Shown in pieces: positions 41,368 to 50,847 of a stretch of 64,000 nt of DNA. The DNA is from an uncultured Acidobacteriota bacterium (GTDB lineage Bacteria; Acidobacteriota; Thermoanaerobaculia; Gp7-AA8), in NCBI GenBank assembly GCA_963741955.1, contig CAVUKB010000007.1, forward strand, positions 256,001-320,000. The letters are read 5' to 3'. Positions within the stretch are counted from its first letter, which is position 1. Every line of letters begins with the position of its first letter. Below the pieces are notes generated by a model. The model was not told where the DNA came from and searched no databases. It saw nothing but the letters and a program-made list of their open reading frames with translations. Made by a program: the position numbers and the translations under genes.

Positions 41368-41394
41368 AAAGCCCCGCTTCGGCGGGGCTTTTCT
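41368..41394. terminator. intrinsic terminator, possibly bidirectional
   Basis: AAAGCCCCGC-TTCG-GCGGGGCTTTT between convergent genes. Confidence 0.9.
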
Positions 41395-41460
41395 GTTTCC
41401 GGAGCTCGCAGCGACGCAGCTCGCGCGTCCCGCTCGAGTCCCCGATGTGTCACGCGCGAA

Positions 41461-42156
41461 TCAACTGATCTCGCGGATGATCCTTCGGGCTGCCTCCGTG
41501 GGGTCGGGACTCGCAGTGACGGGACGGCCCACGACGATCCAGTCCGCACCCGCGCGGATCGCATCCGCCGCAGAGAGCGTCCGTTTCTGATCGCCTGCCG
41601 CATCGGCCGAGGAACGGATCCCCGGGGTGACGATGCTGAACTCGGGACCGCACTCCGAGCGGATCAGCTCGATCTCCTGCGGCGACGCGACGACTCCACC
41701 GAGGCCTGCTTCCCGCGCCGCGCGCGCAAGCCGGCGCACGTAATCCTGGACCGAGAGAGGATTGCCTGTTCGGCGCAGATCCTCCTGGTCGAGACTGGTC
41801 AGCGCGGTGACGCCGAGCAGAAGCGGCGGTCGGGGAGTGCTGGCGGCAGCATCTGCGCAGGCCCGCATCATCTCGATCCCGCCTGCCGCGTGGAGCGTCA
41901 ACATCGACGCGCCGAGTCCCGCCGCTTCGGCCACCGCATATCTTGCGGTATTCGGGATGTCGTGGAATTTGAGATCGAGAAAGATCCGGAACCCTTCCGT
42001 GGTCAGCCGCCGGACCAGCTCCGGGCCGTTGGCGACAAACGCCTGCAGGCCGATCTTGAAAGCTCCGGCTTCATCCCGCAACGCGGCTGCAAGTGATTCG
42101 ATCTCCCGGGCGGACGAGCGGTCGAGCGCGACGATGAGGCGATCCTTCGGTGTCAT
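41461..42156 (-). CDS. pyrF: orotidine-5'-phosphate decarboxylase
   Basis: LIVALD, FLDLKFHDIPNT, VTALTS, VTPGIR, GDQKR, VVGRPV. Confidence 0.97.
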   Translation of the reverse strand: MTPKDRLIVALDRSSAREIESLAAALRDEAGAFKIGLQAFVANGPELVRRLTTEGFRIFLDLKFHDIPNTARYAVAEAAGLGASMLTLHAAGGIEMMRACADAAASTPRPPLLLGVTALTSLDQEDLRRTGNPLSVQDYVRRLARAAREAGLGGVVASPQEIELIRSECGPEFSIVTPGIRSSADAAGDQKRTLSAADAIRAGADWIVVGRPVTASPDPTEAARRIIREIS

Positions 42157-42278
42157 GCGCCGAGCATGATAGCGCCGTCGCGACGGAATGCGCTGGTGTG
42201 GAGATGGGGCGTCTGGATCGGCCGATCTCCGTCGTGACAGAATGCCAGCAGAGAATTTGCACCCCAACGCAACCGGCG

Positions 42279-43994
42279 ATGACCGAAAAACGCGACGTTA
42301 CGCGCACCCTCGACGAGATTGCGAGCTATCTCGAGATCGACGAACCGAATCCGTTCAAGTCGATGGCCTTCCGGAAGGCGGCCCGAGCGATCGAGGATCT
42401 CGATACCGGGATCGATGAGCTGGTCCGCAGCGGCGAGATCCGGCGGACGGCGGGTGTCGGCAAAGTAATCGCTCCGATCGTGGTCGAGCTCGTGGAGAGC
42501 GGCCGCGCCTCATACCTCGAAGAGCTCCGTGCGAAGTACCCACCGGGTATTCTGGAGTTGATGCGCGTTCCGGGGCTCGGCGCGAAGAAGATCACTCTTC
42601 TCTACGCCGAGCTCGGCATCGCTTCGATCGACGATCTCGAAACCGCGGCGCGGGAAGGAAGGCTCCGCTCGATCCGTGGCTTCGGAGAGAAGACGGCGCA
42701 GAAGGTTCTCGACTCGATCGCGTCGATGCGCGAGCACGCCGGTCAGTTTCTCCTCGTCGCAGCGCTCGACTCGGCGGAGCTCCTCCTGCGGGCGCTCCGG
42801 CGGAATCTCGACGTCGCCGCCGCGGTGACCGGATCAGCCCGGCGGCGCCTCGAGGTCGTCGATCGGGTCGAGCTCGTCGTCGCGACCGAGACCCCCGAAG
42901 AGACGGCCGAGGCGATTCGAGGAATCGCGCTCCTCGAAGGTGTGGCGAGAGACGATCGGGCGGTACACGGAACCGTCCGCAGCATTCCGCTGACCGTCCA
43001 TCTCACCACTCCCGACCTCCTTCCATTGACACTCCTCTTCTCCACTGGAACCGGAGAGTTCGTCGACGCGCTGAGACGGCATGCGACGTCGGTGGGATTC
43101 GAGCTGACTCCTTCCGCTCTCCTTCGAGGAGCGGCGCGCGTCGAAGTCGACGACGAGGACGCCATCTTCCGGCGGCTCGAGCTCGAGCCGATTCCTCCCG
43201 AGCTTCGCGAGAGCGGTGCAGTGCTCGAGCGAGCGGAGATCGTCACGGATCTGGTCGACTACGACTCGATACGTGGCACGTTTCACGTTCACTCCACCTG
43301 GTCCGACGGCCGCAACACGCTTCGCGAAATGATCGGTGCAGCACGGGAGCTCGGCTTCTCCTACGTCGGTATCTCCGACCACTCGAAAGCCGCGGCATAC
43401 GCGGGAGGATTGACGGAAGACGATCTCGAGGCGCGCGACGCCGAGCTCGACGAGATCACGGCGGAGATGCCCGACATCCGTATCTTCCGCGGCACCGAAG
43501 CGGACATCCTGCAGGACGGGACGATCGACTACGATCCGGAGACTCTCGACCGGTTCGACTTCGTCGTCGCCTCGATTCATTCGCGATTCAGGATGAATCG
43601 CGAGGAGATGACGCAAAGAATCGTGCGTGCGCTGCACGACCCGCACGTGACGTTTCTCGGACATCTCACCGGCCGCCTCCTCCTCTCTCGCGCTCCGTAC
43701 GAGCTCGACTTCGACGCGGTCTTCCGCGCGGCTGCGGAAAACGGGGTGATGATCGAGATCAACGGGTCGCCGAAACGACTCGACGTCGACTGGCGCCATC
43801 TCGAGCGCGCGATGGAGCTCGGGGTGAGCTTCAGTATCCATCCCGATGCTCACTCGACGGCGGAGATGGCGAACGTGATCGCCGGGACGTGGGTGGCGCG
43901 GAAGGGAGGCGTGCCGCGTGAGCGGGTCTTCAATGCCCGCCCTCTCGCAGACGTCGAATCCCATCTCGCGTCGCGTCGCGCGCGAGCGCGCTGA
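42279..43994 (+). CDS. polX: DNA polymerase X / PHP 3'-5' exonuclease (non-canonical polymerase site)
   Basis: NPFKSMAFRKAA, HhH VPGLGAKK and IRGFGEKT, TGSARR; PHP motifs HVHSTWSDG, SDH, GHLTGR, PDAH. Confidence 0.9.
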   Translation: MTEKRDVTRTLDEIASYLEIDEPNPFKSMAFRKAARAIEDLDTGIDELVRSGEIRRTAGVGKVIAPIVVELVESGRASYLEELRAKYPPGILELMRVPGLGAKKITLLYAELGIASIDDLETAAREGRLRSIRGFGEKTAQKVLDSIASMREHAGQFLLVAALDSAELLLRALRRNLDVAAAVTGSARRRLEVVDRVELVVATETPEETAEAIRGIALLEGVARDDRAVHGTVRSIPLTVHLTTPDLLPLTLLFSTGTGEFVDALRRHATSVGFELTPSALLRGAARVEVDDEDAIFRRLELEPIPPELRESGAVLERAEIVTDLVDYDSIRGTFHVHSTWSDGRNTLREMIGAARELGFSYVGISDHSKAAAYAGGLTEDDLEARDAELDEITAEMPDIRIFRGTEADILQDGTIDYDPETLDRFDFVVASIHSRFRMNREEMTQRIVRALHDPHVTFLGHLTGRLLLSRAPYELDFDAVFRAAAENGVMIEINGSPKRLDVDWRHLERAMELGVSFSIHPDAHSTAEMANVIAGTWVARKGGVPRERVFNARPLADVESHLASRRARAR

Positions 43995-44142
43995 AAAGTG
44001 CGGGTCGTTCTTGCCTGATGATGAATTTGCGGGCCCGGGCCGACCTCCTGAACGCACGTTGGCCGGGTCCCGAATCGAGGGCGGGCGGCGCGACCTCGAT
44101 CCTTCCGAGATCAGGCCTGATGCCGACTCAGTGCGACAAGGC

Positions 44143-45743
44143 TCATGACGTCGGGGCGGTCCGATTCCAGATCGAGTCGAGCTCCTGGAGAAGCGCTTCG
44201 AGTGAATAGGGCTTCTTCAGAAGAACGACGCGGTTTGCGGGCGAGTCGAGCGGCCGGATGCGCTCCGCATCTACGTGCCCGGAGGAGAAGATGGTCGGAA
44301 CCGCGCCGTACCTCTCGACGATCCGTCCGTAGAGATCGATCCCGTCGATGTCGGGTAGACCGACGTCGATCACGAGCACCTCGGGAGTGACGTCTGCCAT
44401 GAGGGAGGTGGCTTCAGCGCCATCGCGAGCGAGAAACGTCTCGATTCCTTTTGCGTCGAGAAGTCCCTTCAGGCCGGTCGCGATCGCCTCCTCGTCTTCG
44501 ACCACGAGTACGCGCGATGGATAAGCGCCACGCGTCCCGGTCGAGCGCGTCGTTTCCTCCGGAGGCGGAGGGGCTGCCACAGGGAGGTAGATGTGAATCG
44601 TGGTCCCCTTGCCGGCGGTGCTGTCGACCTGAATCTGGCCGCCGTGGAGTGTGACGATCTGGTGTGCGATGGGGAGCCCCAGACCGGTTCCTTTCGGTTT
44701 GGTGGTGAAGAATGGCTCGAAGATTCTCGCCATGTTGGTCTCGGAGATACCCGGTCCATCATCCGAGATCTTGAAGTGTATGAGCTTGAAGCCGTCGCAG
44801 ACCCTTCCTGTCGGGAGGACCTCCCCCGCCACGCACGCTTCCGCGGAGACGAGAATGCTTCCCGGCTCCGAACCGATGGCATCGCGGGCGTTCAGGAGCA
44901 GATTAGTGACCACCTGTGTGATCTGATTTCGATCAGCGAGAATCCGATACGAATCGTCTGCAACGGAAGTCCGGAGGATGATCGAGGTCGGGAGGAGGCC
45001 TCGAACCTGCTCCGCACACTTGGCGATCAACGGCGCGACCTCGACCGGCGAGGTGACCGGCTCGCTCGGACGGGTAAAGCGAAGTGTCTCTTCCGTCACG
45101 CGGCGTCCGCGCTGGACAGCGCGGACGATGTGATGTGCCGCATCGAGAATCTTCTCGTCCTTCGAGAGGCGGAGAATGATCTCCGCGAAAGGCTGCACGC
45201 TCATCAGAACGTTGTTGAATTCATGAGACATGCTCGCTGTGACGCGTCCGAGGCTCGAGAGGCGTTGATTGCGGGAGATCTCATCCTGAAGGCGCTTCTT
45301 TTCCGTCGCGTCGGTGAAGGAGACCACGATTCCACGGAACTCGCCGGCGTCATCGAGAATGGGGGAGGCGAGGATTTCGACGGGGAACGTGCTGCCGTCG
45401 GCCCTGAGGAAGGATTGGTCGAGTATCTGGACCTGGGCATGATGCCGCGGCCTGCACGGCACTGACTCCGAGCTCCACGTCATCGTTACTGGTCAGGACC
45501 ACGAGAGGGATGTCCGGAAACCGGAATCGAATTCTGGCGACCGTGTCGAGTCCCTGGCTGTCCGGAAGACCCAGGTCGACCAGGACTGCGTCGAACCCTT
45601 CTGCGAGGCGGACGAGACCATCCGCCAGGGTGGTGGCACTCTCGATCTCCATGCGCGCGCGGCTCGCCGGCGAGCATCTCCCTCACCAGCCGCGCGTCGC
45701 CCGGACTGTCTTCGATCAGCAGCACCCTGTAGCCGAGTTTCAC
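44143..45743 (-). pseudogene. disrupted REC-PAS-histidine kinase-REC hybrid
   Basis: N-terminal receiver (VLLIEDSPGDARL) frameshifts at ~45655; receiver joined out of frame to a half PAS at ~45450; H-box SHEFNN, ATPase and C-terminal receiver open from 45483. Confidence 0.75.
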
Positions 45744-46046
45744 GGACGCTCCTTCGGGGGAAGCTTCACGATCGTGAGCCAGAAGTCCTCGATCGAGCGG
45801 ACGACCTCGAGGAACTGTTTGAGGTCGATCGGTTTGGTGATGTAGCAGTTCGCGTGAAAGGTTGTAGGACCTGAGGATGTCTTCCTCGTCTTTGGAGATC
45901 GTGAGGATGACCACGGGAATGCGCTTGAGCTTGTCGTCCGACTTGATCTTCTCGAGCACTTCGCGCCCGTCCATCCGGGGGAGATCCAAGTCGAGCAGGA
46001 TCAGGTCCGGCGTCTTCTCGTTCTCGAATGGTCCCTGACGCAGCAA
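45740..46046 (-). pseudogene. 5'-truncated, frameshifted single-domain response regulator (Rcp1-like)
   Basis: [19 protein letters not shown]...SYNL then, in another frame, [12 protein letters not shown]...FWLTIVKLP; extra base at 45857-45859; N-terminus missing. Confidence 0.8.
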
Positions 46047-46070
46047 CACGGCTGTTCTGCAGGACCACGA

Positions 46071-46258
46071 ACGCTCCGCGAAACCCACGACATCGTTGAT
46101 TGGCGCCGAGGGGCGCGGATCCTCTGATCCGCCGCGACGATCGCGTTCAGAGCGGATCGAGACGATCGGTGTGGCAGCAGCGGAGCTGTGCCGCAGGGCC
46201 AACGGACGCTCCGCGAAAACCGCGACCTCCCGCTTCATTGCGTACGACCCGATTCGCG
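46071..46258 (-). repeat. REP-doublet family module (inverted orientation)
   Basis: GGGGCGCGGATCCTCTGATCCGCCGC at 46110; reverse complement aligns with 47500-47655 and 31026-31090. Confidence 0.85.
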
Positions 46259-46277
46259 TTCCGCACTCCTCGCCCCG

Positions 46278-47291
46278 TCACTTCGACTTCGGCGAGCTCG
46301 GTCCGCTTCCGGCGCCGGACTCCCGGATCGCTGTCTCGATCGTTTGCAGTTCCTCGTCCGAGAGCTCGAGCGACGACGCCCCGATCCATCCATCGACCTG
46401 CTCCGGCGAGCGCGCGCCGACGATCGCGGCGGTGACACCGCTCCACGCGAGCGTCCACGCAACGGCGACAGCGCCGGTCCCGACTCCGTGCCGCTTCGCA
46501 ATCGGGATCAGCGCATCACGCAGCTGCAGATTCCGTTCGATCGCGGGGCGCTTGAACTCGTCCGATTTCCGCCGCCAATCGTCCGCGGGGAGCTGGGCGA
46601 CCCGGTCGAGAGTCCACTTCTCCGTCAGCAGTCCCGACTGCATCGGGCTGTAGACGATGACTCCGGTGCCGTGGTCTTCGCACCACCCCAGCTCTGCTGC
46701 CGCGGTTTCGCGCCGGATCAGCGAGAACGGCGGCTGGAGCGAATCGACATGGCGAATGGGCTCACACTTCTCGAGGAGCTCGACGTTGAAGTTCGACACT
46801 CCCGCCCATCGCACTTTTCCTTCTTCCACCAGACGGCTCATCTCACCCCACGAATCCTCGACCGGCGTCTCGGTCTCGTCGGGCCAGTGGAACTGATAGA
46901 GGTCGATGCGCTCGACTCCGAGCCTTCGCAGTGAGTTCTCGCACTCGCGTCGGATGTTCGCCGGCTGAAGATTCCTCTGTGGCGATTCCATTCGATTCTT
47001 CTCGTCCCAAACCAGGCCGCACTTCGTGAAGACGAGCGGCCGGTCATTCACCGGGATCTCGCGCAACAGCCGCCCGACGAGCTCCTCGGAGTGTCCGAGC
47101 CCGTACACTGCAGCCGTGTCGATCCAGGAGATCCCGCGCGAGAGAGCATGCTTCATCGCGGCGATGGCGGCGTGATCGTCCTGCGGGCCCCATCCGAAGG
47201 ACCACCCTCCGCCTCCGATCGCCCACGCGCCGAATCCGACTCGCGTGATCTCGGGTCCGTTCGTTCCCAGTTTCTTCATCGGCAGTGACAT
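46278..47291 (-). CDS. aldo/keto reductase
   Basis: GFGAWAIGG, IDTAAVYGLGHSEE, TKCG, IDLYQFHWPD, GVSNF, YSPMQSGLL; GGAGG RBS. Confidence 0.95.
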   Translation of the reverse strand: MSLPMKKLGTNGPEITRVGFGAWAIGGGGWSFGWGPQDDHAAIAAMKHALSRGISWIDTAAVYGLGHSEELVGRLLREIPVNDRPLVFTKCGLVWDEKNRMESPQRNLQPANIRRECENSLRRLGVERIDLYQFHWPDETETPVEDSWGEMSRLVEEGKVRWAGVSNFNVELLEKCEPIRHVDSLQPPFSLIRRETAAAELGWCEDHGTGVIVYSPMQSGLLTEKWTLDRVAQLPADDWRRKSDEFKRPAIERNLQLRDALIPIAKRHGVGTGAVAVAWTLAWSGVTAAIVGARSPEQVDGWIGASSLELSDEELQTIETAIRESGAGSGPSSPKSK

Positions 47292-47365
47292 CGTTTTCCT
47301 CCGAGCTGAGGTGGGCGACTTCAGGGAGACTCTATACCAGCTCATCGACGTACTGATGACCACGT

Positions 47366-47665
47366 CGGTGATTCTGGCGACCAGCTCCGCTTCTGCCACA
47401 GGGATCGCCTCGATCCGTTCGGAACGCGATTTTCGCGGCGGATCAGAGGATCCGCTCCCCTCGGCGAGATGTCCATGGGGTGCGGATCATCCGATCCGCC
47501 GCGAAAGTCATGTTGTACGCGATGAAGAGGGAAGTTGTGGCTGAACGCGGAGCGCCGGTGATTCTGGCGACTAGCTCCGCTTCTGCCGCCAGGATCGTCT
47601 CGATCCGTTCGGAACGCGATTTTCGCGGCGGATCAGAGGATCCGCTCCCCTCGGCGAGATGTCCC
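47366..47665 (+). repeat. tandem REP-doublet modules
   Basis: near-identical ~108-bp direct repeats (47366-47474, 47556-47664); REP palindromes at 47435, 47477 and 47625. Confidence 0.9.
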
Positions 47666-47675
47666 TCCCCAACCC

Positions 47676-47951
47676 TCAACTCACACCCTTCATCCTCCGT
47701 TCCGCTTCGGCGTGATCGGGTTGCAGTGCGAGCGCCCGCTCGTAGCTCCGCCGCGCTTCCGCGACGTCTCCCCGCAACTCCATCGCTTCGCCGCGCAAGA
47801 CCCACACATCGGGGGAATCAGGGAACTCGCTCGCAAGTCGTTCAATCTTCGCGAGTGTCTCACCGTCCGCGCTCCGCTTCAGATGGAGCTGCGCACGAAT
47901 CCCGCTGATCTCGTCGGGGACGCAGGCGGAGCGCCTGGAGTCTCGATTCAT
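47676..47951 (-). CDS. small TPR protein
   Basis: PDSPDVWVLRGEA...EARRSYERALALQPDHAEA TPR pattern; TAGAAT 7 nt before ATG. Confidence 0.7.
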   Translation of the reverse strand: MNRDSRRSACVPDEISGIRAQLHLKRSADGETLAKIERLASEFPDSPDVWVLRGEAMELRGDVAEARRSYERALALQPDHAEAERRMKGVS

Positions 47952-48097
47952 CCGTCAGATTCTAACGCTCGTCTCGCCCGGCTGCGCACAATCCGCCGGG
48001 TCACTCACCTGCCAGCCATTCCCATGCGTCGCGATATTTAGCGGCCGTTCCCCCGTTCATCTCTCCGACGTGCTACTCTCGGGTGACGGAGGACTAC

Positions 48098-48226
48098 ATG
48101 TCAGCGAAAAATGGAGAGAAAGCGCGCGCGGCTCAGGAGAGACGGCGCCGGACGGCGCAGCGCGTGAAGGCGCGTGCGGGTCGCGAAGCAGCGAAAGCAG
48201 CCGCGGAAGCCAAATCCGCAAAATAG
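48098..48226 (+). CDS. 42-aa basic small protein (not in the ORF track)
   Basis: GGAGG 5 nt before ATG; MSAKNGEKARAAQERRRRTAQRVKARAGREAAKAAAEAKSAK; double stop TAGTAG. Confidence 0.7.
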   Translation: MSAKNGEKARAAQERRRRTAQRVKARAGREAAKAAAEAKSAK

Positions 48227-48396
48227 TAGTCGGCGCCTCGTCGCCAGGCTCTGGATCAGCAGCGGGATCGAAAGAGCCGCCTCACCATCTGCACCCATGA
48301 AAAACTGATCTGCGCGGAGAACCAGCGGTCGCGCTCACATCGCACCCGGCGCCGGCGAAGCGTTTCGCCTGTCGCCACTCGAGAAAGAGAGTCCGT

Positions 48397-48600
48397 ATGG
48401 GAAGTGCCCGACCGTCCGTCACAAAACGTCAGAGAGAACAGCTCAAGCGCGACCGGAAGCTCCGCAAGGAAGAAAAGCGCGCACAGCGGAAGAGCGGAGT
48501 GCCCGTCGAAGACGCGAGCGACGATTTCCAGTCGATACCTTCGGCCGATGAGACCCCGTCCGTTCCCACGGACGACATTCCATCCGGCACCGAGGCCTGA
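48397..48600 (+). CDS. 67-aa small protein with basic helix and acidic tail
   Basis: MGSARPSVTKRQREQLKRDRKLRKEEKRAQRK followed by an Asp/Glu/Pro-rich tail; purine-rich upstream region. Confidence 0.7.
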   Translation: MGSARPSVTKRQREQLKRDRKLRKEEKRAQRKSGVPVEDASDDFQSIPSADETPSVPTDDIPSGTEA

Positions 48601-48719
48601 GCCGCCGCAGCACTCCGCTGCCGCGTGACTCATCGAGACGGTTGCCACTTCATCGAGATTCGCACGACGGAGGGTGATCGTTCCGAAGGGGTCGTCGACG
48701 ATCGTCGCAGACGCGGCGA

Positions 48720-49958
48720 TCACGCACCGGCGGCGAGCACCAGCCAACCCCAGGTCAGGATCAGCGTCACCACCGTCACCGGCAGCCCGGTGCGGAGATG
48801 GCGCTTCCAGTCGATCGCGATGCCGTGACGTGCCGCGAGGTCGATCACGATGATGTTCGCGATGCTGCCGACGATGGTCAGATTTCCCGCCAGAGTCGAC
48901 GCGAGCGCGAGGGCCGGACCCGATGCCGCTGCGTGTGCGTAGCGGAGGAGGAGCATCACCGCCGGGACGTTCGAGACCACGTTGCTCAGCGCCGCGGAGA
49001 ACCAGAACAGCGTACCCGGCGAGCCGAGATGAACTCCGCCTGAGCGCATCCACTCCACCGTCCACGCGGGCCACGGCGTCGCCTCGAGAGCACCGTTCGT
49101 CACGAAGAGACCGGCGAAGAGGACGAGCAGCGGCCAGTCGACGAGTCCGAGCGTCCGGCGTGAGTGCATCTCCCTGCTGGTCAGCAGCACGCCTGCGGCG
49201 CCGAGCGCGAGGAGCTCACGGGGAAGATCGGTTGCGAGAAAGAGCACCAGCAGAATTCCCGCGATGATCACTCCCTTCGTGGTCTGCCATTCGTTGAACG
49301 GCGGCACCTCTTCCGCGCGCTCCTCCGCCCTCTCCTCCGCGACCGTCTCCCGCGACGTCCATCGTCCCTTCGACTGGAGCGCGATGATTCCCCAGATCGC
49401 GACGAGCGAGAGGAGGACCGGCACGATGGCCATCCCGAGGTAGCCGCGGAACGAGAGGTGAAGCACCTGGCCGATCAGCATGTTCTGCGGATTCCCGATC
49501 AGGGTCGCAGCCGACCCAGCGTTCGCGGCGCACGCGGTCGCGAGAAGGAATGGCACCGGGTCGAGGCGTCGAGTGCGCGCCGCGTGGATCACCACCGGAG
49601 GGACGGCGAGGCAGACGATGTCGTTGCTGAAGACGGCAGAGAGGATCGCGACCACTCCGATCAGAGCAGCGAGAAAGAGGCGTGGTGATGCATCCAGTCT
49701 CGTGATCGAGGACGAGACGTACGCGTAGAACCCTCCGAGCCGCAGCTGCGCGCTGAGGATCATCAGGCCGAAGAGGAGAGTCATCGTCGGGACGTCGATC
49801 ATCGTCAGCGCGTCGCCGAGAGGGACCGCCCCGGTGGCGATGAGGATGATCGCGCCGAGGAGCGCGACTCCGGTGCGGTCGAGTTTCAGACGCGGAAGCC
49901 CGCCGAGGATCATCCCGGCGTAGACGAGCCCGAAGACGGCGAGGATCAGGCGAGGCAT
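48720..49958 (-). CDS. anion permease (ArsB/NhaD/CitMHS superfamily, YbiR-like)
   Basis: LDRTGVALLG, FSNDIVC, ANAGSAATLIGNPQN, VSNVPA, STLAGNLTIVGSIANIIV. Confidence 0.92.
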   Translation of the reverse strand: MPRLILAVFGLVYAGMILGGLPRLKLDRTGVALLGAIILIATGAVPLGDALTMIDVPTMTLLFGLMILSAQLRLGGFYAYVSSSITRLDASPRLFLAALIGVVAILSAVFSNDIVCLAVPPVVIHAARTRRLDPVPFLLATACAANAGSAATLIGNPQNMLIGQVLHLSFRGYLGMAIVPVLLSLVAIWGIIALQSKGRWTSRETVAEERAEERAEEVPPFNEWQTTKGVIIAGILLVLFLATDLPRELLALGAAGVLLTSREMHSRRTLGLVDWPLLVLFAGLFVTNGALEATPWPAWTVEWMRSGGVHLGSPGTLFWFSAALSNVVSNVPAVMLLLRYAHAAASGPALALASTLAGNLTIVGSIANIIVIDLAARHGIAIDWKRHLRTGLPVTVVTLILTWGWLVLAAGA

Positions 49959-50076
49959 CCGCGGAGATTGTAGATCGAAGAAGGAAGCAGCGACTCCTCG
50001 TCTCGAACGATGCAGGCCAGCCTCCCTGCCGCCGGTTCGGAGGCGGGTGACATCGGGGCCGAGCGCGAGCGTGATC

Positions 50077-50364
50077 CTAACCGGTTTTTCGGAGTGGCTT
50101 CGGCAGCCGTCCGATCCGGATGGTCGCGTCGTAAAGGTCGACCGCCTTCTGAGCGTTGAGCCAGAACTCCGGTGTCGTATTGAACGTCGCACCGAGCTTC
50201 AGTGCCATCTCGGCGCTCAGCGAGGTTCTGCCGTTCACCAGGCGGTTGATCACTTTGACATCCGTACCGAGATGGTTTGCCAAATCCCGCTGTGTCATGT
50301 GTAGCGGGTGAAGAAACTCTTCACGGAGTATCTCGCCGGGTCCGGTCGGTTTTCGCCGCTTCAT
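50077..50364 (-). CDS. higA: HigA family antitoxin (XRE HTH)
   Basis: PGEILREEFL, SAEMALKL, TPEFWLNAQ. Confidence 0.93.
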   Translation of the reverse strand: MKRRKPTGPGEILREEFLHPLHMTQRDLANHLGTDVKVINRLVNGRTSLSAEMALKLGATFNTTPEFWLNAQKAVDLYDATIRIGRLPKPLRKTG

Positions 50365-50374
50365 GTTGGAATCC

Positions 50375-50665
50375 TCAATGGTAGTCGACGACGTCGACGT
50401 CTTCCGCCCCGAGATCGGACCAATGGAACACGATTCTCCACCGGTCGTTCACCCGGATGCTGTAGTAGCCCGTCCACTTTCCCGAAAGTGCTTCGAGACG
50501 ATTTCCGGGAGGTGACTTCAGATCGCGCAGTTCGCGCGCGTAGTGCATCATGTCGAGTTTCCGGGCAACAATCGAAGCAACCGACGACCAGCCGATCCCC
50601 TTCCCGAATCGGCCGTGAGCGAAGAACTCCTCGACCTCGTCACTCGCGAAACTCCTGATCGCCAC
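50375..50665 (-). CDS. higB: HigB (RelE/ParE-family, plasmid-killer type) toxin
   Basis: IRSFA, DLKSPPGNRLEALSG, YSIRVNDRWRIVF, VDYH; upstream of antitoxin. Confidence 0.93.
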   Translation of the reverse strand: MAIRSFASDEVEEFFAHGRFGKGIGWSSVASIVARKLDMMHYARELRDLKSPPGNRLEALSGKWTGYYSIRVNDRWRIVFHWSDLGAEDVDVVDYH

Positions 50666-50670
50666 TGCAC

Positions 50671-50697
50671 CCAGTATACCTCATTGAGGTATACTGG
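50671..50697. promoter_or_regulatory. perfect 27-bp palindrome, likely HigA operator over the -10 box
   Basis: CCAGTATACCTCA-T-TGAGGTATACTGG containing TATACT 7 nt before the higB GTG. Confidence 0.8.
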
Positions 50698-50847
50698 CCC
50701 ATCGGTGGCATCGATCGATGCCGGAGGGTGTTCCCCCGTCCTGCGTGTGGGACCGGGGTGGAGCCGGGGATCGTGTGTGAACACGCAAGCGCGGGTGGCC
50801 GGCATCCCAGATCGCGCGGCGAGCTTCACGTCAGGATCCGTGACGCG

